64,000 bases of DNA, from the IMG/VR virus record IMGVR_UViG_3300029922_000013, positions 86,859-150,858 of that record, one strand, 5' to 3'. Of this stretch, positions 19,396-29,196 are shown one piece after another. The translations under genes and the position numbers were made by a program. This DNA comes from a virus. A model generated the notes under the pieces. The model was not told the DNA's origin. It made no database searches and was given only the letters and a program-made list of their open reading frames with translations. Within the stretch, counting starts at the first letter, position 1, and each line of letters opens with the position of its first letter.

Positions 19396-20144
19396 GTCAC
19401 CCACCACTTCGAATACGGATTTTGGTCCAATCCTTTAGGATTGTAGTAGATCGCAGCCACATCGTTCATCTTATTGGGGTAATCCTTAGCCAGTCTGCGA
19501 AGCCATATCAAAGAAGCTAACAAACACATAAAGCTAGTTTTCTTAGTGTTGTTTTGCAAATGCCATGCTAAACGTCTAGAATCGGTATCTCCAGTAGGAG
19601 TTCCTATGCAAGAAATGGCAATAGAACCTGCAGCTACAAAGTAAACTGGAAAAGACAGGATTCTAATCAACCAGTGAAAAGGATTTAGCAATGATGGGAA
19701 AGCTGCAGATACCATAGCAGCCACCAACTGCGGCTGTCTAACAAGAAAACTTTGCAAAGTCTTCGTTCCAGGATTCACATTATTCAAAAAACCTAGGTAT
19801 TTTATGCAAGCCCAAAATAGTGTTCTGGGGATATCGGTATTTTTTAATTCAATGCAACCATTAAGTACCGCTAAAATATTATCTGGACCGTCTTGACCGT
19901 CATTTTGACCTACAGGAACACGATTGAGCAAACCTTCAGGCCCAATACACCTATCTATCATATGTTCAAAGCTAAGTTCGTCTGATACAGTAAGTTGACC
20001 ATTTTTCTTAAGAATAATATACATCTCAGAGGTATACATTGTACCATTATCTGACCCACTTTGATTTGATGCCCAAGATCCGGGCTGGGGCGAATTTAGT
20101 CCATTACCGTCAATATAGCTCTTAAAATCATCTATAATATCCAT
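19392..20144 (-). CDS. Hypothetical protein with central hydrophobic segment, probably late
   Basis: 250 aa; AATCTTTA motif 5 nt upstream of the ATG. Confidence 0.65.
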   Translation of the reverse strand: MDIIDDFKSYIDGNGLNSPQPGSWASNQSGSDNGTMYTSEMYIILKKNGQLTVSDELSFEHMIDRCIGPEGLLNRVPVGQNDGQDGPDNILAVLNGCIELKNTDIPRTLFWACIKYLGFLNNVNPGTKTLQSFLVRQPQLVAAMVSAAFPSLLNPFHWLIRILSFPVYFVAAGSIAISCIGTPTGDTDSRRLAWHLQNNTKKTSFMCLLASLIWLRRLAKDYPNKMNDVAAIYYNPKGLDQNPYSKWWVT

Positions 20145-20149
20145 ATCTG

Positions 20150-20157
20150 TAAAGATT
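20150..20157 (-). promoter_or_regulatory. AATCTTTA putative late-promoter motif
   Basis: Immediately upstream of the ATG at 20144. Confidence 0.55.
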
Positions 20158-20168
20158 GCGCTTTTTTG

Positions 20169-20197
20169 TTGACTTTTTGCTAGAAGCTTGGTAGTCT
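20169..20197 (+). promoter_or_regulatory. Sigma70-like promoter for the transglycosylase
   Basis: TTGACT-17 nt-(TGG)TAGTCT, followed by GGAGG RBS. Confidence 0.65.
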
Positions 20198-20215
20198 GGT
20201 TATAGGAGGATACAT

Positions 20216-20683
20216 ATGACCTATTTATCCATTATGGCAGCGGCAGCAAAGGCAGCTCATGTATCAACAACACTACTTTATGCAATTTGTGCACACGAAT
20301 CCAAAGATTTTTCATTAGATTTCGCAGAATACGACAATGGTAGCCCATCGTATGGGGTGTGCCAAGTTAAAGAAGACACAGCTAGATTTTTAGGTTTTAA
20401 AGGAAAATCTATGGAACTTAGAAATCCTATGATTGGAGCAAAGTACGCCGCTCTATATTTAAAATATCAACTAGATCGTTATAGCGGAAATGTATATAAA
20501 GCAGTTGCGGCCTATAACGCAGGTTCGTTTATTGAAAGCAAGAAACGTCCTGGTTTTGCTGCGAATCATAAATACATCAATCTCGTAAAACAAAAGCTTG
20601 ACAAACGTCTGCAACACGTACTAGATAGTAACAACACGAATTATTTTATTGACAAAATGGAGTTAAGCTATGAAAGTCGTTAA
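20216..20683 (+). CDS. Soluble lytic transglycosylase (SLT domain)
   Basis: Catalytic HES, SYGVCQV (GLMQ-like) and AAYNAG motifs. Confidence 0.85.
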   Translation: MTYLSIMAAAAKAAHVSTTLLYAICAHESKDFSLDFAEYDNGSPSYGVCQVKEDTARFLGFKGKSMELRNPMIGAKYAALYLKYQLDRYSGNVYKAVAAYNAGSFIESKKRPGFAANHKYINLVKQKLDKRLQHVLDSNNTNYFIDKMELSYESR

Positions 20684-21044
20684 ATTAACTAAAAAAATGC
20701 TTGCTATGTATCCGGACGATCTGCTAGTTAAACTAGGAGCAGTTAATAATAGCAAAACAGTCGTGTATCCGTGTCATGTTTATTTTTCTGAGAAGGACTA
20801 TGAAACTTTGAAAAATTCTTTAAAGAAAAAAATAAAAAAGGAAATGGTTTGGGCTACTGAAAAACATATCAAGACCGTTGTAGAATTTGAGCTACTTAAT
20901 GTTGGTCCAAACGAAGGGTTGAAAAAAGCTATCAAACCTGGATTTGCTATTATAGATGTGGAATCTATTAGAAATGAAAATATGGACAAAGAATTGACTA
21001 AATCTCTAGAATATTATAAAAGAGAAAATAGTGAAATTCAATAA
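20670..21044 (+). CDS. Hypothetical protein
   Basis: Overlaps the SLT end; GGAG RBS. Confidence 0.55.
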   Translation: MKVVKLTKKMLAMYPDDLLVKLGAVNNSKTVVYPCHVYFSEKDYETLKNSLKKKIKKEMVWATEKHIKTVVEFELLNVGPNEGLKKAIKPGFAIIDVESIRNENMDKELTKSLEYYKRENSEIQ

Positions 21045-21470
21045 TTAAGAACGGTCTAGTGCAAAATACGGAACGATGCCCTTAAATGAAAAGTTAAGGC
21101 GATAAGTCCCCTTTGTAGGAACGGTATGATCTTCAGAAGTAACCTTGCACTGTGGAATAAATACGATATCTTCTGCCGTGCTACGATCGGTGACTCTTAA
21201 ACTGACGTAAGGTGCAGCTGACACATCAGTAAAAAGGGGGCGTAGAGTTTTACCTTGAAGGCCACCACTCATCTTTAAACGAAAGCCGCGAATATTTCCG
21301 CTAACTGAGATTTTACCACCGGCAATTTCTTGAGGATACGGACTATCGATACCCCAAATCTCTTCCTCCCCATACGATATGGTAAAAGAAACGTCGGCTA
21401 CTTCTTTATATAAAGCATTATTCCAATAAATGGTGATTAATGCCCCTGTTATCGTTACTGGCGCTGCCAT
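21045..21470 (-). CDS. Tail tube-like protein
   Basis: 141 aa, beta-rich; VSFTISYGEEEIWGIDS...EI pattern; at the end of the baseplate operon. Confidence 0.6.
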   Translation of the reverse strand: MAAPVTITGALITIYWNNALYKEVADVSFTISYGEEEIWGIDSPYPQEIAGGKISVSGNIRGFRLKMSGGLQGKTLRPLFTDVSAAPYVSLRVTDRSTAEDIVFIPQCKVTSEDHTVPTKGTYRLNFSFKGIVPYFALDRS

Positions 21471-21481
21471 ATTAAATCCCT

Positions 21482-23425
21482 TTACGTACTAAATTGTGGC
21501 CAAATCAAATTGTTCCCGGCTACAGGATCTGCGCCGTACAGATAGGCTATTTCCGAATACTGTGTCCCAGCTTTTCCCGTGCCAATATCATTGGGGTACA
21601 AAATGGTAAACACAATCGAGATACCAGCTGCGGTTATTTGGCGTATCAAATCTTGTGCATAAACTCTGCCATCAGCTACATTGGTGAGGAAGAACTCGTA
21701 ATCCGTCCCATTTAGAGCCAGACTAACGGGTGCTTTTTTAGACACTAGTCTTATTTCTTGTCCTGCGGGGTGATCAAATTGCAAGTTATTTACCGGACTT
21801 AAAAGTATAGTTGTACTTGAAGGAACTACTATATAGCTAGCGATTTCTTGAGTAGGTCCGCCGTAATCAAATACCACGTAACCAGGGCTATTGGGGAATC
21901 CCACGCTATTTTCTACTTGGATGAGATCTCCAGTGGAAGCATTGAAATCTTGCTCAATCGTAGAATGTTCAGCACCAACCGTGAAAGATTGAGTTGTGTC
22001 GTAAACATAAGGACCAGGCTGGTTGGGCTCCAGTGAAATATTGGACCCTAAAGGACCGCTAGCCGTTATGCCAGCTATGCCGGTGTAAGAAACTGTGAGC
22101 GTATTTGACAAGGCGTTATTTTGGATATAAACAGTGTCAACACCATTTACAACGTTCGTCAATCCAACTAGACCGGTGTTCGTGGCGTTTATAGCTGCTG
22201 CCATATTGGCGACCGTTTGTGGTATCGTCGCCCCAATAACAAAGTTCGTTCCAGCAACTAATGTTATAAGCGATGTTACGGCAAATTGATCACCTGAATT
22301 AGGTTGAGAGTTGAAACCATACGTTCCACTGGGTGGATCGTGTAGGTGAGCTGATCCAGCTCTTCCCCGTCTAATAACTGTCGTGGTAGCCGGCAAGAAT
22401 ATGTGAATTACGTTGGTAGTAGTTTGATATAGAGCCGCGTAATACCCGTTACTTTGGATAGTTCTCTTGATTGGACTAAAGAATAGGACTGCCGTATTAC
22501 TTCCTTGAGTCACAATTCCCGTGGTTCCCAAAGGATTGTAGACTTCAAAGTAAGAACTGCCGATCACTCCACCTTGAGAATCTGTCACCGTATAAGTGCC
22601 CACATTAGAAGAAGAAGAGAATCCTCCTCCATAAATGTTGACATAATCGTTTGGTATTAATTTGCCTAAGTTTGGATTTGCTCCGCCAGACCAAGTAAAT
22701 CTAATTTTACCAGCGGATTGTACGCTAAGGGTCCATTGGGTTGAGGCATTTCCACCGGCTGCTGCTGGGGAGGGGAAGATCAGTACGTTTTGGGCGCTAC
22801 CACCCAATACGGTAACAGAGGATCTGGGTCCTATGGTATTACTTACAAGTTCTACATAATTACCAGAACCATCATTTTTTATTGTGGCCAGCCCAGTTAG
22901 ATTTTGGCTAGTCAAATAAGCAACGATAGCATCGGCAACCTCGATAGCTTTGGCGCTATTTATATTTGTGAAGCTTGCGGCCTGAAAAGGAATAGTAACC
23001 GTTTTACCACCATCAAAATTCACAATTAACGTATCGCCATCCTGGAGATTGTATGGCTCAATCATCGTACAAGAATCGGTTGCCTTACAGAATTCATCTC
23101 CAAAAATGATGTCGAGAAGATTATTTATAAGATCCCTAACTTGCTTACGATTCTTGACTTGAAGACCAATTTCTCTGAACACATCGTCACCCAAACCAAG
23201 GCTGGGCGGGCGAGTTATTCCGTATTGGGCCAACAAAAGATCGAGATATTGAGCGGAAGCGGTAGTAATGAAAAGGTTTTGATTTACGGCGTAAACTGAA
23301 TTGACCAAATAACTGGTAGAACTTGCAATAGAATTTAAGACAGCATCAGTATTTTTCCCATGGATGGCAGGATTTAGATAACTGCGAAGTCTTTCATATT
23401 CGGACTGTTGTGTTGCTATTGCCAT
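21482..23425 (-). CDS. Baseplate wedge subunit (gpI/gp7-like) with insertions
   Basis: TASAQYLDLLLAQYGITRP N-terminal motif; C-terminal ITAAGI; follows baseplate-J. Confidence 0.65.
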   Translation of the reverse strand: MAIATQQSEYERLRSYLNPAIHGKNTDAVLNSIASSTSYLVNSVYAVNQNLFITTASAQYLDLLLAQYGITRPPSLGLGDDVFREIGLQVKNRKQVRDLINNLLDIIFGDEFCKATDSCTMIEPYNLQDGDTLIVNFDGGKTVTIPFQAASFTNINSAKAIEVADAIVAYLTSQNLTGLATIKNDGSGNYVELVSNTIGPRSSVTVLGGSAQNVLIFPSPAAAGGNASTQWTLSVQSAGKIRFTWSGGANPNLGKLIPNDYVNIYGGGFSSSSNVGTYTVTDSQGGVIGSSYFEVYNPLGTTGIVTQGSNTAVLFFSPIKRTIQSNGYYAALYQTTTNVIHIFLPATTTVIRRGRAGSAHLHDPPSGTYGFNSQPNSGDQFAVTSLITLVAGTNFVIGATIPQTVANMAAAINATNTGLVGLTNVVNGVDTVYIQNNALSNTLTVSYTGIAGITASGPLGSNISLEPNQPGPYVYDTTQSFTVGAEHSTIEQDFNASTGDLIQVENSVGFPNSPGYVVFDYGGPTQEIASYIVVPSSTTILLSPVNNLQFDHPAGQEIRLVSKKAPVSLALNGTDYEFFLTNVADGRVYAQDLIRQITAAGISIVFTILYPNDIGTGKAGTQYSEIAYLYGADPVAGNNLIWPQFST

Positions 23426-23435
23426 ATATATCCCT

Positions 23436-26400
23436 TTACGTAATCAAAGAGACTGAAATATTCTGGCTTGGGTCCAAAATAAAAGTTTGTTCACTAGGCT
23501 GTACTACGATCAAATCGTTGTTCTCATTATAAAGTGGACTAGAAATTGCAACACTTATAACCCCAGGTATCGTAGTGCATACAGCTATTATATTTGATAT
23601 CGCTATGGATTGCCCAACGGGATTTGAGCTTATCAAAGCAGCCACGTTATTTCTAACTTGTTGTGAAATGGATGAGAATGGAGCCCCAGTTTGAAGTCTC
23701 ACTTCCAAAGCCAGATTAACTACCAGCGCTAAAGGCTCTCTCACAAACACATCAGTTCCGGCAGCGACTACTCCGGGAAATGTCAAAGGATCTGTAGGAT
23801 CTCCATATAAAATTCTATTGGCTTCCTGAATGAGTCCAGTATTATACTTATATCCATCCAATCCCTGGCTAACCGTAGTCGGGAAGTTTAGCTTGTCTAG
23901 AGAGGTTACTACTACTCCGGCAGCCTGATTTATCTTTTCGTATTGAGCAACTGTATCAAAAAGAATCTCGTTTAAAGCAGGTGATCCAGGTTGTGGCGCT
24001 ACTAGATAGGTATGCTTGTAACCAGAGTAGGGAACGCCTTCTTCGATATAGAAGGACGATAACAAGCCAGTAAGATTTACCGTGCTGGCAGCTGTTAGGA
24101 CACCTTTGACAATGATGTTATTTTCATCGATTAGTTGGGTGACCGGATAAGTCCCAGCATTGGAAGTGCCTATGGAACTTGTAAAAGCAGTAAAAGTAAT
24201 GGTTGCATCTCCGGTACCGCTAGTTTTTGTCAAAGTACCCGTATTCGTTGGAGTTCCAGTACCCGCAGTCACCAACGTATTGGCGCCCGCGATGGTATTA
24301 GTTACCACAAAAGTCTGACTATTGTTTGTGTAAGTAGCCCCTTCAGTAGCACTCGCCGTGGTCACCGTGAAAGTGTATTGTTGACCATCAAAAGCCGTGC
24401 CAGATATGACCAAATCGTCCCCTACTACAGTATCTTCATATTCATAAAAAGTAAGAGATCCGGAACTCAATACGACTTCTTCTTCTAAAGCGTCGGCATT
24501 TTGAATCCAGAAACTATCATTGAACGTTCTTATAACTCTGTAAGATCCCTGATTAGGTCCTGAGAACGGGCCAGCTACTACTACCGTATCACCTTCCATA
24601 ACACCAGTAGAAGCCTGAAAAGTAACCCCAGCAGTTACCATTTCAGCTCCCGTAGCCACGGCATTAGGGTTGGTTACCTGTAATATATTGGAACTAACCC
24701 CAGTTACAATAAAAGTACCGCTGTTAGGAGCTGATGATGGCATATCTATCGTAACCAATTCGCCGATCGATAAGCCGCTAAAAACAGTACTGCCCAGTAA
24801 AATAGTGTATTTAGAATCATTAGTTCCAGGAACCAAGGCTACATTAAAAATGTCTCCATTTGTACTATTAAAATTGACTGGAACTGTCAAAAACTGAGGA
24901 CTACTAGTAGAACCTACATAGCTAAAACAAACTAAATTCCCCTGATTTTCTACCCTGAATGTAAGTCCTGTCAATCCACTAATCACACGGGGCTGTCCAA
25001 AGTATCTCTGAGTTGAGTTTATTCCAGACAAAGAAATTTGACTAAATCCAGCAGATGGCGTATTAGGTAGAATTGTTACATCAGTATTGTTGCCAAACAA
25101 AGTGTCTTTTTGTTGTGTGTACGTAGCTTGTAACCTAAACCATTGGTCGCTTAGCACATAACCAGAAGGAATGATGGATGCCGATATCGCTGCGTAAGTA
25201 TTATCTATATTTAAAGCGCCGTTGATAACAGGGAAAGTATATCCATTTGCAGCACCTCCAACAACATCTACGTATCCACCAGAACCGAAGGTATCAGAGG
25301 ATATTTCTAGTTCGGAATCTCTATTGGCTGTATTGATAAGGCTCGTCGTTGTTATTCCGCTTACGGGAAGAACATTCACAAATTGATATACTTGATCTAT
25401 GGTAGTAGGCGAGAACATGATAGTTTCGCCATTATTGAAAGCGTATCCCACATCTGTCGGCAAAGAAAGCGGATTCTTCAATACAAACTGAGGTGAGCCG
25501 GTATTCACAAACGTTAGTGTAGTTTGAGTATTGTTACCAGTAGCAGCTGGAGAAATAGTAACAGCAGGCCCATTAACACTCACTACTGTTGTGCCGCCTG
25601 AAATGCCAGCACCGGATACTGCGGCACCAGGCCTAATTCCATTGGTTGGAGATATGTCAGTTAAAATGTTGCTACCAGTAGAAGTGGTTCCATCGACAAC
25701 AGTAGTATTATTGATTAAATTGCTATACAAAAGCCAATTCATGCCATCGAGGAGCTGAGCACTTGCGTTAGCCGTGATGATACCTGCTCCCGGTGTTCCT
25801 CCAGAACCATCGTCAACAACAGTAGCCGTAATATATGTGGGCAAATTAGTGGTTACATATGCTGCAACTGCTGTAGCCGTAGTGGCGGGTGGGACAGTAA
25901 TCGTAATATTTACAGTATTTGTTATAGTGACAGAATTGGTAATAGAACTTGCGGCACCATTGAAAATATAGCTGACTATAATTTCTTGACCCGTTGTGCC
26001 CCATGGAACGGACCTATACAAGATAGAGCTTTGTTGGGTAGTGCTACTCAAAGTTTTCTTGGCTTGCATCAAAACTCTGTAGTTATTGAAAACAAAATTT
26101 GGACCAAAGGAAGTGGCGAAGTTACCGGTTGGTGCGTAATCCTTATCGTAAGCATTGAAATTGTGGGAATTAACCGCATAAGAGGTGTTGGTTAAAGCTC
26201 TTCTGTAGAGAGGTACCTGGAACGTATTGTTGACTGGGTTATTGTCAATAATAGCTACCAACGAGTCATTGTTCCCAAATGACAGCGGGTTGGACAAGAA
26301 ATACCGATCATTAGTTCTGAGTCTTCTTACGTCTGGATCGTAAGTAATAGAAATCGATGTTCCGGCTATGACCGTTTCTTGAACCACTTCATTATCGGGC

Positions 26401-29159
26401 TGCTCATCATCTATGCCACCGTATGGGTTAAGAAAAGTGACTATTTCGTCTGGTTCTCTGCCAGCAACGCTGATTTGAGACGTAAATGTTGTAAGGGAAG
26501 TATCAGGTGGATAGGCAACGGTATCAGATGTGATCTTGCTATGGAAGAAAGCAGGCAAATAAGCACTTGCTGTGTCTTGATGAGCTATGATAGGATAGCT
26601 ACTAGTGCTAGTTTGAGCTACGGTAAAGCCTAGTTGACCCCCAACATTATCGAAAGTAACTACGGTAACAGAACCGTCCGTATTAAGAGTGTTAGTTCCA
26701 ATTAATAGGAACTGCTCTGCATAAACGCTGAAGTTCAAAGAATCGGTTTGTAGCTGTAGATATGCCGCAATAGCATCCAAAGTCAGGGTGCCTGCAGGAA
26801 CATTGAATTTTTGAGGTACATAGGACGTTCTAACTATTACAAAACCAGCCTTGTACAAAACGTTAGTTTGAGGGACCACAGCTGCTGCTTCGGCAGCAGT
26901 AACTAGAACGGTCAGAGTATCATTAGTTAGTGTGGTAGTAGAGATAGAATGAACTCTACCTTCCAATCTATTGGGGGCGTCCAACTCCAAGGACCAGACG
27001 ATCAGGTAGTCTCCGGGATTTACATTTGAAAAAGAATTTGCTATAGATGAGGTGTAACTAACTGTATGCGCACCCGTATTGGCAGTTACGGACAATAGTC
27101 CTCCAGGAGAAGCCCCAGAAGGAATAAATGTTACGGGTTCATCTATAGAAAGCCAGATATATCCTTCGGAAGCAAGGGTCACTGAAGAGCCTGCAAAAGA
27201 AGAGCTTTCTATGGTACCCTTAGTATTGGTGCTCCCAGCAACGAGATTGTCACCGGCAACCAAAGGGGTGGCTAATTGTATTTGTGCAGTATTTCTGTCA
27301 AGTGTATAATCTGCTGCTGCGCCGTGAGAAGACAGGGCTTGGGAACCACCGAACATGCTTTTGGTAACTAAAGTAGAACCGGAACCTATAGTAACTTGGG
27401 CTCTATTATTCTTGCCGAGATTGCTCGACAATTCGATTTCTGTGCCTACTACGGTAGCCGTTACGCCTGTAATTTTGTTATTGAAAACTTCTGCCCACGA
27501 AGCCAACGAATTGGATGGGCTCACCGTGGTGTATAAACCAGTAGCGATAAAATCGGTATCCAAAATAGTGTAGGTGATCGGTGCAGTTCCGTCCACTGAA
27601 ACAATCAGGGTATCGCCATTGGCGATGGAATTAGACCACAACCCTTGTGGCTGAGAAAACACAGAGGCCGTATTCCCATCTTCGCTAAGAAGTGTGCTAT
27701 TTTTGTAAAGTCTTAGTGTCTCATTCAATGTTGTAGGAAATCCTAAGAAATTATTCGCGTCTGTGAGGGTAGAGGGATCTGGAGTTGCGATTTGAATTTC
27801 TTCATTTGATTCTGCTATCGCTCTTATGACTACATAGGCTCCACTTCCAGCAGTAGTAGCTTCGTAATTCAAATTAAAATCAGCATTTATAGAGGCACAA
27901 ATTTCGTATGCCGTAGCAGCACCAGGAGCCTGGAAGTCACTGGTCAAAAATGTATGTTGAGTGGTGACTCCACCAACTGTTACCGCTAGAACATATCCCC
28001 CTAGAACGGCAAATGGACTTGCATCTGTTGATTGCAAAAAAGCTTTTGCAACTGGGGCTTGGGTACCGCCTGTAGCCAATTGAAAGTAATCCTCTCCTCC
28101 AATAGCGGAATCTATGATGTGCTCGATAGCTACACCTGCCGTCTTAGCTTCATAAGGAAGACTAGATCCCGTATTAATGAATACCGTAGAAGATCCATCT
28201 GCATTTGTAATCAGGGAATCTGATGCAATTGTAGCGGATTCTTCTGTAGAACTAGCGCCTATAAGCGAATTTTTAATTGCAGTAGCCGTACCGAGTCCAA
28301 TTGATGATAAAACTAGTTTAATTTGAGTTCTGAGCTGATCGGCTGTTTCTGGATCTTTTCCGCCGCTAGTCGCAAGTGAATTTGTAACTACGGCGCCGTT
28401 AAATGGGGCACTTGAAAAAGTGCTAATAGCAGAAGGAGAGACATTCCCGTTGGCACCTGGAACGAGAGCTGTGATAGGCACGTTATTTACCGTGACTTCA
28501 CCGTCTAATATTACGCCTTGCTGTGTAACTGAATACTGGGTATCTGGCTGCAAACCATTTGAAGGAGCGATAACTACGGTGTTAACTCCAACAATCCGAT
28601 TACCTCCCTGCGATAAAATAATGGATTCGTTTACATTATGAAATTTTTGGGTAGGACTTGAAAGATTAAATTGAAAATAGTTACCAATCGGTACGATGGA
28701 GGTGTAAGGAAGTGGGCCTTCTGAGTCATTCGTTCCTCTACCAACATAAATACTGCCCGTTGCGGGAAAACCTACATTTGACCCTGCATAAACTATGACA
28801 GATCCTTGGTTAACAGCAGCTGCGCCAGGGTAAACTGAGGTTGAAACTTTTAGGAAGGAAGAGTCCGTAACATTTACGAACCCAGTGGCCGGTTGTTCAA
28901 TGGTGGGAGTTATACCAAACTCAGCTGCTATGGCTTGAAGCGAATTTCCCGTGGCATAATCAATACTTGCATTCAATATGGTCTGAAAAACGTCACCGCT
29001 TGAACGACTAACAGCAAGAGCCACGGTTTCCAATAGTGAAAGGGAGGCGGACCCAACTGATACGGAAGGGATTCCGGTCTTACTAGCGAATGTTGCCAGC
29101 ATTGCTCCCAAAATTGCATCGTATGACTGTGGCTGTGGGAGAGTAGGTGTCGTTGCCAT
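23436..29159 (-). CDS. Baseplate J-like wedge protein with very large central insertion (1907 aa)
   Basis: N-terminal ATGNSLQAIAAEFG, VPITALVPGANGNV, SGGKDPETADQLR; C-terminal VGQSIAISNIIAVCTTIPGV. Confidence 0.8.
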   Translation of the reverse strand: MATTPTLPQPQSYDAILGAMLATFASKTGIPSVSVGSASLSLLETVALAVSRSSGDVFQTILNASIDYATGNSLQAIAAEFGITPTIEQPATGFVNVTDSSFLKVSTSVYPGAAAVNQGSVIVYAGSNVGFPATGSIYVGRGTNDSEGPLPYTSIVPIGNYFQFNLSSPTQKFHNVNESIILSQGGNRIVGVNTVVIAPSNGLQPDTQYSVTQQGVILDGEVTVNNVPITALVPGANGNVSPSAISTFSSAPFNGAVVTNSLATSGGKDPETADQLRTQIKLVLSSIGLGTATAIKNSLIGASSTEESATIASDSLITNADGSSTVFINTGSSLPYEAKTAGVAIEHIIDSAIGGEDYFQLATGGTQAPVAKAFLQSTDASPFAVLGGYVLAVTVGGVTTQHTFLTSDFQAPGAATAYEICASINADFNLNYEATTAGSGAYVVIRAIAESNEEIQIATPDPSTLTDANNFLGFPTTLNETLRLYKNSTLLSEDGNTASVFSQPQGLWSNSIANGDTLIVSVDGTAPITYTILDTDFIATGLYTTVSPSNSLASWAEVFNNKITGVTATVVGTEIELSSNLGKNNRAQVTIGSGSTLVTKSMFGGSQALSSHGAAADYTLDRNTAQIQLATPLVAGDNLVAGSTNTKGTIESSSFAGSSVTLASEGYIWLSIDEPVTFIPSGASPGGLLSVTANTGAHTVSYTSSIANSFSNVNPGDYLIVWSLELDAPNRLEGRVHSISTTTLTNDTLTVLVTAAEAAAVVPQTNVLYKAGFVIVRTSYVPQKFNVPAGTLTLDAIAAYLQLQTDSLNFSVYAEQFLLIGTNTLNTDGSVTVVTFDNVGGQLGFTVAQTSTSSYPIIAHQDTASAYLPAFFHSKITSDTVAYPPDTSLTTFTSQISVAGREPDEIVTFLNPYGGIDDEQPDNEVVQETVIAGTSISITYDPDVRRLRTNDRYFLSNPLSFGNNDSLVAIIDNNPVNNTFQVPLYRRALTNTSYAVNSHNFNAYDKDYAPTGNFATSFGPNFVFNNYRVLMQAKKTLSSTTQQSSILYRSVPWGTTGQEIIVSYIFNGAASSITNSVTITNTVNITITVPPATTATAVAAYVTTNLPTYITATVVDDGSGGTPGAGIITANASAQLLDGMNWLLYSNLINNTTVVDGTTSTGSNILTDISPTNGIRPGAAVSGAGISGGTTVVSVNGPAVTISPAATGNNTQTTLTFVNTGSPQFVLKNPLSLPTDVGYAFNNGETIMFSPTTIDQVYQFVNVLPVSGITTTSLINTANRDSELEISSDTFGSGGYVDVVGGAANGYTFPVINGALNIDNTYAAISASIIPSGYVLSDQWFRLQATYTQQKDTLFGNNTDVTILPNTPSAGFSQISLSGINSTQRYFGQPRVISGLTGLTFRVENQGNLVCFSYVGSTSSPQFLTVPVNFNSTNGDIFNVALVPGTNDSKYTILLGSTVFSGLSIGELVTIDMPSSAPNSGTFIVTGVSSNILQVTNPNAVATGAEMVTAGVTFQASTGVMEGDTVVVAGPFSGPNQGSYRVIRTFNDSFWIQNADALEEEVVLSSGSLTFYEYEDTVVGDDLVISGTAFDGQQYTFTVTTASATEGATYTNNSQTFVVTNTIAGANTLVTAGTGTPTNTGTLTKTSGTGDATITFTAFTSSIGTSNAGTYPVTQLIDENNIIVKGVLTAASTVNLTGLLSSFYIEEGVPYSGYKHTYLVAPQPGSPALNEILFDTVAQYEKINQAAGVVVTSLDKLNFPTTVSQGLDGYKYNTGLIQEANRILYGDPTDPLTFPGVVAAGTDVFVREPLALVVNLALEVRLQTGAPFSSISQQVRNNVAALISSNPVGQSIAISNIIAVCTTIPGVISVAISSPLYNENNDLIVVQPSEQTFILDPSQNISVSLIT

Positions 29160-29196
29160 TTAGATATCCTCTTATTTACCTTTATATATCATTACT

